Origin: an uncultured Bacteroidales bacterium
GTDB taxonomy: Bacteria > Bacteroidota > Bacteroidia > Bacteroidales > UBA3824
Assembly: GCA_937877455.1 (NCBI GenBank)
Contig: CALFIU010000053.1
Location: 7,589-71,588 of the forward strand
Reading direction: 5' to 3'
DNA length: 64,000 nt
Position numbers and translations under genes: made by a program. Below the pieces are notes generated by a model that was given only the letters and a program-made list of their open reading frames with translations, was not told where the DNA came from and ran no database searches. Positions 52,398 through 62,221 of this stretch are shown in pieces (the first letter of the stretch is position 1; the number at the start of each line of letters is the position of its first letter).

Positions 52398-52600
52398 ACA
52401 TTAATTTCATTTGAATCGACATCAATGCGGGCGGGCACATAGACCCGCCCCTACAAAAAAATGTTATATTCAATATTATAAATAGGAGTTGGAGAAAAGG
52501 CGGCAAAGCCGCCTTTTCTCCAACTCCTATAATCCCCATCTCAAATAGAATGATGTGTAGGGGCAGACCTGCGTGTCCGCCCGATTAAATGAAATTGACG
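52398..52600. repeat. 203-bp composite palindromic GC-rich element, copy B
   Basis: The termini are acattaatttcatttga and ttaaatgaaattgacg. Two GC hairpins are present, gggcgggcacatagacccgcccctaca and tgtaggggcagacctgcgtgtccgccc. A central perfect 23-bp-stem hairpin lies at 52482-52530. Confidence 0.7.
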
Positions 52601-52795
52601 TATTTCAACTGGGAAACAATTTTTTTTATAAAAAATATTGTTTTATAATGGTTAACTACTTTCAATACTAATATCCCGATATGTAACACTATTCTTTGAT
52701 GTACACCAATATTTTACAATAAATTTGACACCACCAAAAGAAATTGAAAAAAATGTTGTGCTATTTTAATGTATCGAAAAAATTAGAGAGAAAAA

Positions 52796-52833
52796 CAAAA
52801 AAGGCTTGCGAAGTTAAACCGCAAGCCTTTTTG
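52796..52833 (-). terminator. Rho-independent terminator of purF
   Basis: 10-bp GC-rich stem aaggcttgcg / cgcaagcctt. On the minus strand it follows the stop directly and is followed by a T-run. Confidence 0.7.
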
Positions 52834-54735
52834 TTAGTATGCTCTTTCTTTTCTACCTTCCATAAAATTGATAAACGAACGGTTGGCTACGCTGTTGCCG
52901 CCAGGCGTTGGATAATCGCCTGTAAAATACCAATCACCGCTGTGATTAGGTAAGGCAACATGAAGATTTTCAACTGTTTGGTAAACTACCTCCACTTCTG
53001 AATTTATCTCAGATGTTGTTAGCAATTCTGCAATTTTTTTGTTTATTTGTTCAATAGTAAATGGCTCGTAAATCTCTTTAACTCTGTTTTTTACGTTTTC
53101 TTTAAGGAGATCTTCATCAGCTTTACATTCTTGGTAAACACGCTCAATAACATCTTGCATGTTGTTTTCTTTAAGCAAAGCGAGTGCAGCCCTAAAAGCG
53201 ATAAAATCTTCAAGACGCGCCATATCTATGCCATAACAATCGGGATAGCGAATTTGTGGAGCCGATGACACTATAACTATTTTCTTAGGATGCAGTCTAT
53301 CAAGTATTTTTATTATACTCTGTTTTAGAGTTGTACCACGAACAATAGAGTCATCTATTATCACAAGATTGTCAACATCTGGAACAATAGAGCCGTACGA
53401 AATATCGTAAACATGTTTTACCATGTCGTCGCGGTCGGCATCTTGGGTTATAAAAGTGCGTAATTTAATGTCCTTTATTGCAATTTTTTCAATTCTTGGA
53501 CGACGATTTAGAATTTGTCGTATTTCCTCGTTAGAAAGTGTTGCCGCATTTTCTGTAATTTGTTTTATTTGGCTCTCTTTGATATAATTTTCGGCAGCGA
53601 AAATCATTCCGTAGTATGCTGTTTCGGCAGTGTTTGGTATGTAAGACAGCACAGTGTTGTCCATATCATAGTTTACAGCTTTAAGAACGTCGGGGAAAAT
53701 AAGTTCACCAAGTTTTTTTCGTTCTCGATAGATTTCGCTATCATTTCCTCTCGAAAAATATATTCTTTCAAAAGAACACTGACTTTCTTTTTCTGGTTCG
53801 CGAATGTTTTCTTCGGATATACGTCCATCACGCCTTACAATAAACGCATTGCCAGGTTTCAGTTCCTTAACTTGATTGAAGTCGGCATCAAAAACAGTTT
53901 GAATAACTGGTCTTTCGCTTGCCACAACTGCCACTTCATCATCGTGATAATAAAATGCTGGTCTAATGCCCCAAGGGTCGCGCATAACAAACGCATCACC
54001 ATGTCCGAGTATTCCGCCGATGACATATCCTCCATCCCAACGTTTTGAGGAACGTTTCAACACGTTAACAAGGTCGAGATTATCTTGTATTAACGGAGAA
54101 CATTGTTGCTTGTCAAAACCTGCTGTTTTGAAATGGAAAAGTGTTTTTTCTACCTCGTCGTTCAAAAAGTGGCTAACATTTTCGAGTATGGTAACGGTGT
54201 CGGATATTTCTGATGGATGTTGCCCAATCGACAAAAGATGATTAAATACTTCACTTACATTGGTAAGATTAAAATTTCCAGCCAAGGCTAAACATCTTGA
54301 TTTCCAGTTGCTAAGCCTCATAACAGGGTGAACATTCTTAATGTTATTTTTGCCGTATGTGCCATATCTAAGATGTCCAAGCATTACCTCTCCTATAAAC
54401 GGCATATTTTCTATTATTTGTCCTGGGCTTGAAACCAATGCTGGCGACTCAGAAGACAATTTTTCTTGTGCATGTTTTATACCGTCAAACACTTCGCGAA
54501 TTGGTTCGTGCTTGTTGGAGCGTTCACGAAAAATAAATTCCTTACCCGGCACAGAGTTTAGTTTTACGGATACTACTCCTGCACCATCTTGCCCACGATT
54601 GTGTTGTTTTTCCATCATGAGATACAATTTGTGCATGCCATAACTAAGGCTTCCGTATTTTTCGAGATAATATTCGAGGGGTTTCAATAAGCGGAGAAAC
54701 GCAATTCCGCATTCATGTTTAATAGGATCGCTCAT
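52834..54735 (-). CDS. purF: Amidophosphoribosyltransferase (long Bacteroidota type)
   Basis: N-terminal Ntn-type Cys after a short propeptide (MSDPIKHECGIAFL), plus a PRTase motif (LVIIDDSIVRGTT). Confidence 0.85.
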   Translation of the reverse strand: MSDPIKHECGIAFLRLLKPLEYYLEKYGSLSYGMHKLYLMMEKQHNRGQDGAGVVSVKLNSVPGKEFIFRERSNKHEPIREVFDGIKHAQEKLSSESPALVSSPGQIIENMPFIGEVMLGHLRYGTYGKNNIKNVHPVMRLSNWKSRCLALAGNFNLTNVSEVFNHLLSIGQHPSEISDTVTILENVSHFLNDEVEKTLFHFKTAGFDKQQCSPLIQDNLDLVNVLKRSSKRWDGGYVIGGILGHGDAFVMRDPWGIRPAFYYHDDEVAVVASERPVIQTVFDADFNQVKELKPGNAFIVRRDGRISEENIREPEKESQCSFERIYFSRGNDSEIYRERKKLGELIFPDVLKAVNYDMDNTVLSYIPNTAETAYYGMIFAAENYIKESQIKQITENAATLSNEEIRQILNRRPRIEKIAIKDIKLRTFITQDADRDDMVKHVYDISYGSIVPDVDNLVIIDDSIVRGTTLKQSIIKILDRLHPKKIVIVSSAPQIRYPDCYGIDMARLEDFIAFRAALALLKENNMQDVIERVYQECKADEDLLKENVKNRVKEIYEPFTIEQINKKIAELLTTSEINSEVEVVYQTVENLHVALPNHSGDWYFTGDYPTPGGNSVANRSFINFMEGRKERAY

Positions 54736-54741
54736 TTATTA

Positions 54742-56307
54742 TCAGTTATTTTCAATAGTCAATTCTTCTTTAATTTTTTGGGCAAGACAACTTAGTTCCA
54801 CTTCTTTTTGAACCTTTGCCTTCCACTCGTTTTTGTCGGCTATTTTGTCGGCAAGAATTTTTCCAAGTTTAAGGTTTTTAATTGTTGCTGTTCCTTTCTT
54901 GGCTTCATCTTCACCTATTATTACGGCAATTGGACAATTGTTTTTATCAGCGTATGCCATCTGATGTTTTAGCCCACGTTTTGCTCCATAATATATTTCG
55001 GTGTTGATACCATTTTTTCTTAAATCGGCTGCTGTTTTTTGATACAAAGGCATAAGATTATCATCAAAAACTACAATTATAACTGCACCTTGTTGATTTT
55101 CAGGTGTTTGACCAGTAAGAGTTAGTAATTCGGCTAAACGGTCAACGCCAATTGATGCACCTGTGGCTGGCACTTTAACGCCAAGCAAATTTTCAACAAG
55201 TCCATCGTATCTTCCTCCACCACAGATACTTCCAACACGTCGTTCTCTTCCTTTTTCGTCGATATATGTTTGCAACGACTCCACTTCGTAGATTGGACCA
55301 GTGTAGTATCCAAGTCCGCGAACCATTCCTGGATCTATTACTGCTACCGTTTCATCATATCCAAGCGATGCAAGTATTGTATCTATCTTTTCAAGTTCGT
55401 CAAGTCCTTCTTTATAAATAGGATTTTGTGCAGCAGGTTTTGATGCAAGCTTTGCCAAAACATCTTTTCGATTACCAAGTTTTTCAAACTCTTTAATAAA
55501 TTCCATTATAAGTTTTATGTGGTTATCGCTAAGATTTAGACCTTGAATTTGTGCACCAGACACTTCATCTACTCTTCCTTTGCCAAGTTCTGCAGCAACA
55601 TTTTCAGCTCCAATTTTATCAAGTTTATCAATTATGCGCATAACAGCCATTTCTTCTTCTGCACCCGTTATCCCTGCATAACTGAGAAGTCCATTAACAA
55701 TTTTTCTATTATTAATTTTTATACGATATGTGCCACGTTTTAGACCAATGTTTTCGAGTGCGGTGGAAAGTATCATGCAATTTTCGGCATCGGCTGCTAC
55801 ATCTTCCACACCTACAGAATCAAAGTCCATTTGCCAAAACTCACGAAAACGTCCTGGATCGAGTTTTGCTTCAAATCTAAAAACTGGTCCATATTGATAA
55901 CGTCTGAAAAGATTGGTTTTTCCTTGAATTTCGTTTCTTAGATGCTGTTGCCACAAACTTTCGGCATAAACCCTTGCAAGCGGTGCTGTTAGGTCGTATC
56001 TCATGGCAAGATAATGATTTTCCATCACAACCTTATTTTCTGCATCGCGCATTTCTTTGCCCTTTGTGTCGTAAACTGGTTCTTGTTCGGGGTTTTTAAA
56101 GCTATAAACACCTTGCGCAACGCTGTCGGCATCGGGAAGATATTTTCCCAAACATTCGGCGTATTCTAATATTGGGGTGTCTAAGCGGCTAAAACCGAAA
56201 CTTTTGTAAACCTCTTCGGCACGGTTTATTATAAACTGCCGTAAATAATTTTGATTTGGGGATATGTCTCTAAATCCCTTGACTTTTTGCGGAACTATGC
56301 CTCTCAT
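54742..56307 (-). CDS. hisS: Histidine--tRNA ligase, long variant of 521 aa
   Basis: KGFRDISP (cf. GxxDxxP), RYDLTAPLAR, a motif 2 region (YQYGPVFRFE), a motif 3 region (GGGRYDGL) and a C-terminal anticodon-binding domain. The start is set at MRGIVPQK (56307) to avoid running into the upstream gene. Confidence 0.8.
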   Translation of the reverse strand: MRGIVPQKVKGFRDISPNQNYLRQFIINRAEEVYKSFGFSRLDTPILEYAECLGKYLPDADSVAQGVYSFKNPEQEPVYDTKGKEMRDAENKVVMENHYLAMRYDLTAPLARVYAESLWQQHLRNEIQGKTNLFRRYQYGPVFRFEAKLDPGRFREFWQMDFDSVGVEDVAADAENCMILSTALENIGLKRGTYRIKINNRKIVNGLLSYAGITGAEEEMAVMRIIDKLDKIGAENVAAELGKGRVDEVSGAQIQGLNLSDNHIKLIMEFIKEFEKLGNRKDVLAKLASKPAAQNPIYKEGLDELEKIDTILASLGYDETVAVIDPGMVRGLGYYTGPIYEVESLQTYIDEKGRERRVGSICGGGRYDGLVENLLGVKVPATGASIGVDRLAELLTLTGQTPENQQGAVIIVVFDDNLMPLYQKTAADLRKNGINTEIYYGAKRGLKHQMAYADKNNCPIAVIIGEDEAKKGTATIKNLKLGKILADKIADKNEWKAKVQKEVELSCLAQKIKEELTIENN

Positions 56308-56347
56308 GATACGATTTTTATTTTTGGCAAAATTATAAAATTTTTGT

Positions 56348-59300
56348 TTAAAAATCCAGACCGAGCGAAAAATAAAACACACGTGGCAATATTATTTTAC
56401 CTTCAATGCCCCAAGCCCAGTCGAAACGCATAAAATAGCCGAGAATAGTTGTTCTAAAACCAAATCCATAACCGCATACAATATTTGGTCTATCAACGTA
56501 AACTGTCATATCAACTGGGTAACCTTCTACCTCATAACTTCCGTAGGCATTTTCTTCTTTCATAGGTACAAAGCCTTTCCAAGCTGTACCGGCATCAAAA
56601 AAGCCACAAAGTTGAAAATCGTTAATTATTTTTGAGTTGAGTGGGCGATTGGCTAAATAACTAAACAAAGGCCATCTTATCTCGTTGTTTACCAGAGCAA
56701 AAGAGTTGCCATTGCGACAATTTTGAATAAATCCTCGCATATTGGTTGCAACGGCTTGATATATATAGTTTTCTGAGTCATCTATCTTTATTGATTGGTC
56801 GAACATAGACGACACGTTGGATGAAAATTTTGTCCAATTGTCAACACCTCCAAGATAATAAATTATCTTACCCGAGCCAAACGATGTTCCGTATGCAAAG
56901 CGTGTTGCAAAAATCATGTTACGATGTATTTTTTGGTAATATCTTAAATCACAACCCCATGCTGAAATTATATCATAACGACCTTCAACTTGTTGGTATA
57001 ATTCGCTCCACACCTTATATTTTAGTCCACTTTGTATATTGGTACAAAGTTTTATGGTATTATCGAAAACATATTCTACCTTTGCTTTTGCAAATACTTG
57101 ATACTGTGCATCTTGATTAAGGTATTGATAATCTGTAACAAGATATTTGGCTTTATCGTAACGCAATCCCACTTGTCCTTTTAGTGCGGATGTCTGGTTA
57201 AAAGGCCAACTTAACGCAAAAATTCCTTCATTTGTAATAATTTTTAAAAGAGAATATCCATCATCATTGCGATAAGAGTAGCGATGAAAAATATATTGTT
57301 TATCAAGTCGATGTTTTAAATCTTCAAAAGTAAAATAATACTCGTAACTATCAAGATTGCCACCAACTCTCATTGCGGCGGTTAGTCTGTAATCTTCAAA
57401 CAAATCTTTTGTTCCTATTTTGAAAAAAACATTAATTCCGGGATTAAAATAATAAGGTCCACCAGTAAACGCTTGATATGATTGGTTCATTGATGAAAAA
57501 TCTACTTGACTTACAAGATAATCGGTATAAAATGTTGTAAAATACAGCCGTTGACGTGGACGTTCAATTTGCTCTCCAAGATGTCTGTCTTTTAGATTTT
57601 GTCCATAAAATATATATTGATAGGCAAGATTTTTTTCTTCCTCAAAAGTGTAATTAGAAATATTAATTTTACCGCTGTCTGGCGGTGTAAGGTTTTTGGG
57701 CGGATTGGCTACAATGCTATCAATCCGTTGTTTTTCTAATTCTGCCTTATGTTTTTTTACTAATTCTAAACTATCTCTCTTATGAAAATGGCGCAACTGT
57801 TTTGCTCTAAAAAAAGTAGGATTAAGTTCACCTACATCACGTTTAGACGTTGTTTGACTAATAATTGAATATCGAGCATTGTTACGAAAAATCATGTCGT
57901 TTTTTCCATTTTTACTATCGGCATTAAAACTTATAATGCTGTGTTCATAATTGGATATTGGAGCATTTTTATTAACAAATCGATAATGTACTGCCGTATC
58001 TATTGATGCAATTACACTATCGTGTAACGATGAATATATGTTTATAACACCATTTTTGTCGCTAAGATAGGTGTAAGAGTCTTTCCCTATTTGAAAAGGC
58101 GATGTTTCGTTTTCGTATTTTGTATTGGTTACACGATGTAACGTTTTTGATTTGGTTTTATAATCATAAATAAAAAGGTCGTAATTATTTGAAGTTTTAA
58201 GATGGCGATCAGGTTTTTCTTCTACAAGAGTATCACTAAGCCTATTGGACGAAAATATTATCTTGGTGGAATTGTCGGCAAATCTTGGTTTAATATCATC
58301 GGCAAGGTCTTTGGTTATGCGTTCAAATGCCCCCGAACCGATGTTGAGTACCACAATATCAATATTTCCTTCCATTTGTACACTCATAACTGCCGAAAGT
58401 CCATCATCGGAGTAGGACATTGAAAACACCTTATCGAATTTTGGAAGCATTTTTCTTGTCAGCGAACCACTTCCAACATTGTATTGATATAAATAAACAT
58501 AACTTTCTTCTTCGGTTACAAAACTTAGTATTTTAGAACTTGGATGCCATGCGCCAACAGGAAATGAATAATCTGTTATTTGTTGTATTTTTTGTTCGCG
58601 AACAAGAATTTTTTTCGTGTTTTCTTCTGTGTTATCACGCAAAAAAATCTTATATTTTCCCAATATGTTGGTTGTATAAAAGGTATATTTGCCATCAGGA
58701 GATGTTGCTGCATGGTCGTAAACTATATTTTTTCTTGGTTTTTCTACTATTTTTACACTGTCGGGCAACTGAGATGTGCCGTTTTGCTTTGAAAATTTAT
58801 TAGTATAATATTCTCGCCATTCAGGAATTAACCCTTTAACCTTTCTATTAAGTACTTGCGAAAACGCATTGTTGTAATTTTTGCTTATTCCTGTAAGATA
58901 AATTATTCCTGGAATAGCATCCCTGCCATAAACTTGGTTAATGTAATACCAAAGCGAATAACCTGCCACCTTAGCATCGTCGCCAGTAAGTGTATTAAAT
59001 TGCTTAAATTTCTTGCTTGTAACACCGTCTTTAATTTTATCCTCTATGTCGGCGTTCCATTGCCAAGCCGTATATGCTGCCAAACCCTTTTCAAACCATT
59101 CGGGTAATGAAATAACCATCGAATTTGTTATCTTGTTGCGTAAATTGGAGCCATATAGCATGTCGTTAATCATTAATGTTGCAATAGCCTCTCGAATTTG
59201 AGCATCGTATGCAGCGTGGTCTTTTTCAAAATATAAAAATACTTTGTTGTCAATTATTTTTGTAACACCTCCAATATTTGTTGCTTCGTCTTCTGTTTTA

Positions 59301-59623
59301 AGACCAATATTACTTTGACGAAAATCGGTTAATCTATTGAAAACCAAAAATATAATCCGTTTTTTTATAGAACGACCAAAAAATTTTTCCATTTCAGGAA
59401 TTATTTGCTGCACTCTGTCAGATGTGTATTGAGCAAGGTCTTTGCCTTGTTGATAATAATATGTGTCGAACTTTGGATAACGGTAATAAAACCATTCAAA
59501 CTCAGAATACTGTACGCGATTTTGCCCAAAATTCATTTGATGTCCATTATAAAATTGTGCATCAGCAAAATAAGGTGCTATTATAAAAAAAAGCGCAAAA
59601 AACGCTACATAAACATTTTTCAT
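56348..59623 (-). CDS. Large outer-membrane protein: N-terminal domain, TolB-like beta-propeller repeats and an Omp85-like C-terminal barrel
   Basis: Signal peptide (YFADAQ), PD40-like repeats (SPDGKYTFYT, SDDGLSAVMS) and a C-terminal beta-signal ending …VFYFSLGLDF. Confidence 0.55.
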   Translation of the reverse strand: MKNVYVAFFALFFIIAPYFADAQFYNGHQMNFGQNRVQYSEFEWFYYRYPKFDTYYYQQGKDLAQYTSDRVQQIIPEMEKFFGRSIKKRIIFLVFNRLTDFRQSNIGLKTEDEATNIGGVTKIIDNKVFLYFEKDHAAYDAQIREAIATLMINDMLYGSNLRNKITNSMVISLPEWFEKGLAAYTAWQWNADIEDKIKDGVTSKKFKQFNTLTGDDAKVAGYSLWYYINQVYGRDAIPGIIYLTGISKNYNNAFSQVLNRKVKGLIPEWREYYTNKFSKQNGTSQLPDSVKIVEKPRKNIVYDHAATSPDGKYTFYTTNILGKYKIFLRDNTEENTKKILVREQKIQQITDYSFPVGAWHPSSKILSFVTEEESYVYLYQYNVGSGSLTRKMLPKFDKVFSMSYSDDGLSAVMSVQMEGNIDIVVLNIGSGAFERITKDLADDIKPRFADNSTKIIFSSNRLSDTLVEEKPDRHLKTSNNYDLFIYDYKTKSKTLHRVTNTKYENETSPFQIGKDSYTYLSDKNGVINIYSSLHDSVIASIDTAVHYRFVNKNAPISNYEHSIISFNADSKNGKNDMIFRNNARYSIISQTTSKRDVGELNPTFFRAKQLRHFHKRDSLELVKKHKAELEKQRIDSIVANPPKNLTPPDSGKINISNYTFEEEKNLAYQYIFYGQNLKDRHLGEQIERPRQRLYFTTFYTDYLVSQVDFSSMNQSYQAFTGGPYYFNPGINVFFKIGTKDLFEDYRLTAAMRVGGNLDSYEYYFTFEDLKHRLDKQYIFHRYSYRNDDGYSLLKIITNEGIFALSWPFNQTSALKGQVGLRYDKAKYLVTDYQYLNQDAQYQVFAKAKVEYVFDNTIKLCTNIQSGLKYKVWSELYQQVEGRYDIISAWGCDLRYYQKIHRNMIFATRFAYGTSFGSGKIIYYLGGVDNWTKFSSNVSSMFDQSIKIDDSENYIYQAVATNMRGFIQNCRNGNSFALVNNEIRWPLFSYLANRPLNSKIINDFQLCGFFDAGTAWKGFVPMKEENAYGSYEVEGYPVDMTVYVDRPNIVCGYGFGFRTTILGYFMRFDWAWGIEGKIILPRVFYFSLGLDF

Positions 59624-59625
59624 AT

Positions 59626-60396
59626 TTAAAAACCTATTGTATTTTTTTGTTGTTCAGGAACAACAAGTTCTATTTCTTTAAAATCATATACTCCAGTCTC
59701 GCCACTTTCAGCATTTTCTACAGTAAGCAATCCTCTATTATCAACATTTTTTATAATACCTTTAAAAAAAACTCCATTAGCACGATAAATAAGAGTTTTT
59801 TCAAGTCCAAGTAAATTTTCAAGGTATTTTTTATGCAATTCATTAGGATTTTTTTCTGCATCGGTTAATTTTTGCTCCAAAATTTTACACAACGTTTCAA
59901 ATTCTTCATCGAGATTATAATTTTTTTTTGTAAGTAGCGACATTGACACTGGATTTGGCAAGCTTTCTGGAAAAACTTTTTGATTAATGTTAAGACCAAT
60001 TCCAACAATGCAATGCTTTATAAAACGTCCAGAAACAGCATTTTCGATAAGCATACCACAAGTTTTTCTCATTCCGCAATAAATATCGTTTGGCCATTTT
60101 ATCTTTACATCAGGCAAACCTCGACTTTTTAGATAATCTGCCACGGATAATGCTGCGGCTTGCAAAATAAAAAACTGGTCTGAAGCAAGAACTTTTTTAG
60201 GGAAAAAAACATAACTAAACATTAGATTTTCGGCATTATTACTACGCCAAACATTTCCGCGCTGTCCGCGTCCATCGGTTTGATAGTCAGCTCTTACCAC
60301 AAACGAACTATTTTGCTCAACTAATCCACCATCAAGAAGACGTGCAGCCTCATCGTTGGTGCTGTCTATAACCTTGTAATACTTAACTTCCATAAC
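59626..60396 (-). CDS. birA: Biotin--[acetyl-CoA-carboxylase] ligase (no N-terminal HTH)
   Basis: QTDGRGQRGNVW motif and a KWPNDIY motif. The start could be 60426 or 60396. Confidence 0.85.
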   Translation of the reverse strand, partial: VMEVKYYKVIDSTNDEAARLLDGGLVEQNSSFVVRADYQTDGRGQRGNVWRSNNAENLMFSYVFFPKKVLASDQFFILQAAALSVADYLKSRGLPDVKIKWPNDIYCGMRKTCGMLIENAVSGRFIKHCIVGIGLNINQKVFPESLPNPVSMSLLTKKNYNLDEEFETLCKILEQKLTDAEKNPNELHKKYLENLLGLEKTLIYRANGVFFKGIIKNVDNRGLLTVENAESGETGVYDFKEIELVVPEQQKNTIGF

Positions 60397-60678
60397 ACGA
60401 AAACTATGTTTACTTTGTTTGTGCAAAATTAATTCTACCGTTTTTTTTTTGCAAATTTTTATTTTGATTTTATGTTACAAAATATAAAATACCTCAATTC
60501 CTCAATTAAAAATAAAAAATGGCAAAATAGATTTTGAACATAATCCCGAAAAAGTTGATAATACAAAAAAGCGCAAAACAACAACTTTTTGTAGGATATT
60601 TTTATTGAGGACTATTCCTATGGATACACCTTCTACCAACAGCGTAACAATATAAAAATGAGTACTGAAACTGACAGA

Positions 60679-60774
60679 CGTATCAATTTATAACAACCGT
60701 TCCCGAAATAAAACTTCAAAACTGCGGGCTTCGTCGCCGTTACGAGTGGCTCGCCCATTCTAATGAAATTGACG
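60679..60774. repeat. About 96-bp short copy of the palindromic element family, copy C
   Basis: The right terminus tctaatgaaattgacg shares a 13-mer with copy B and is preceded by the GC-rich segment gcgggcttcgtcgccgttacgagtggctcgccc. The left terminus is degenerate (cgtatcaatttataa). Confidence 0.45.
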
Positions 60775-60853
60775 GGAGATAATAAAAAAAAATATAAAAT
60801 TACAAAAAATATATTTATTTTTGTACGCATTAATCTTAAAAACTACAAGGAAA

Positions 60854-61630
60854 ATGTTAACGTTAGTATCACCGTCCAAAACTGTATCACTTGCAGAAGT
60901 ACCACAATGTAAAGTTTCTAACTTTACTACTCCACAATATAGCAACGAAGCCGCGATTATAACTGGATTATTAAAAACCAAATCAATAGAACAACTTGCT
61001 TGGACGTTAAATTGTTCTTACGGAGTAGCCGAAAAACAAAAAGTAATGCTCGAAAATTGGTATCCAACAACAGAAATCGACAACGGAACAATAACCATAT
61101 CTGTTTTTGACGACTTTAACCGCTCCATAGATCTTACTTCTTGGAAAAATGAAGATTTTGAATTTATTCAAGATAAAATGGGCATATTATCCAGTTTATA
61201 CGGCTATTTGCGCCCTCTCGACATAATAACCCCATACGTTCTACCAATGGACACCATACTACATACCACTCGTGGCAAACGTATATTTGAATATTGGGAA
61301 GCTGTAAACTCGTCTCACTTAGAAAAACTGCTGAAAGAAACCAACGAAACAGAAATCCTTAACCTACTTACCGTAATAGGACGACGTGCGATAAAATTGC
61401 CAAAAACTGGTATAAAAATATACGAAGTAACATTTGCCGAAATAAAAAATGGTAAAAAAAATAATACTGCAAGTTGGCGGCTCAACAAAGTTAGATCAAA
61501 TCTTGTGGAATATATAGCCAAAAACAAGATAGACAAAGCAGATAAAATAAAAAAATTTGAATTTGAAAGTTTCAAATATAGCAAAGAACTATCACATGAA
61601 ACACAAATATTTTTTGTACGCAATGTTTGA
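60854..61630 (+). CDS. yaaA: YaaA-family (DUF328) peroxide-stress protein
   Basis: Canonical N-terminus MLTLVSPSKT. The start is moved to 60854 from the ORF-track start at 60821. Confidence 0.8.
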   Translation: MLTLVSPSKTVSLAEVPQCKVSNFTTPQYSNEAAIITGLLKTKSIEQLAWTLNCSYGVAEKQKVMLENWYPTTEIDNGTITISVFDDFNRSIDLTSWKNEDFEFIQDKMGILSSLYGYLRPLDIITPYVLPMDTILHTTRGKRIFEYWEAVNSSHLEKLLKETNETEILNLLTVIGRRAIKLPKTGIKIYEVTFAEIKNGKKNNTASWRLNKVRSNLVEYIAKNKIDKADKIKKFEFESFKYSKELSHETQIFFVRNV

Positions 61631-61699
61631 AAATTAGCATCGCTGCGTTAATTTTTTATTAATTAACACAAAAATTTAATAAAAGTTAAAAAACTATAA

Positions 61700-61707
61700 T
61701 ATCTTTG
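61700..61707 (+). promoter_or_regulatory. -7 box TAnnTTTG (tatctttg)
   Basis: Exact motif, 47 nt upstream of the ATG at 61755. Confidence 0.35.
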
Positions 61708-61754
61708 CGCGGTAACAAGTTGGAAAATAAATTATAACAACTAAATATATAAAA

Positions 61755-62126
61755 ATGAGCATTAAAAAAGAAGTCGTGAAAAGCGCAAAAGGAAAAAAAG
61801 GAGCAGTTCCATCTGTATCCAAAACAAAAGTAACATTCACTATCCCAAAAGAAGAAGTTGACTCAAAAGGTGCAGAACAAGTATTATTACTTGGCGATTT
61901 CAATAATTGGGACAAAAAACAATGCACAGTATTCACAAGAGCAAAATCTGGTCCTGCAGCAAAAATCTACAAAGCGGACCTCGAACTCGAAACTGGACGT
62001 GAATACCAATTTCGTTACCTTTTTGTAAAAGCCGATGGCACAGAAATTTGGGCTAACGAAGCAGAAGCCGACAAACAAGTAATGAACGAATTTGGTGACA
62101 GCCAAAACTCAGTAATTGTTTTGTAA
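61755..62126 (+). CDS. Isoamylase early-set / CBM48 (AMPK beta-like glycogen-binding) domain protein
   Basis: VLLLGDFNNWD…YQFRYL… pattern typical of CBM48/E-set domains. It is 123 aa long. Confidence 0.6.
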   Translation: MSIKKEVVKSAKGKKGAVPSVSKTKVTFTIPKEEVDSKGAEQVLLLGDFNNWDKKQCTVFTRAKSGPAAKIYKADLELETGREYQFRYLFVKADGTEIWANEAEADKQVMNEFGDSQNSVIVL

Positions 62127-62146
62127 CAAAAAACCGGCACACAAAA

Positions 62147-62190
62147 AAAACGGCAAAAACGAAAATATTTTCGTTTTGCCGTTTTTTTTT
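62147..62190 (+). terminator. Rho-independent terminator
   Basis: Stem aaaacggcaaaaacgaaaat / attttcgttttgccgtttt with one bulge, followed by a T-run. Confidence 0.65.
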
Positions 62191-62221
62191 ACAATATTTG
62201 CAGCGCAAAAAAACAAAAGCA

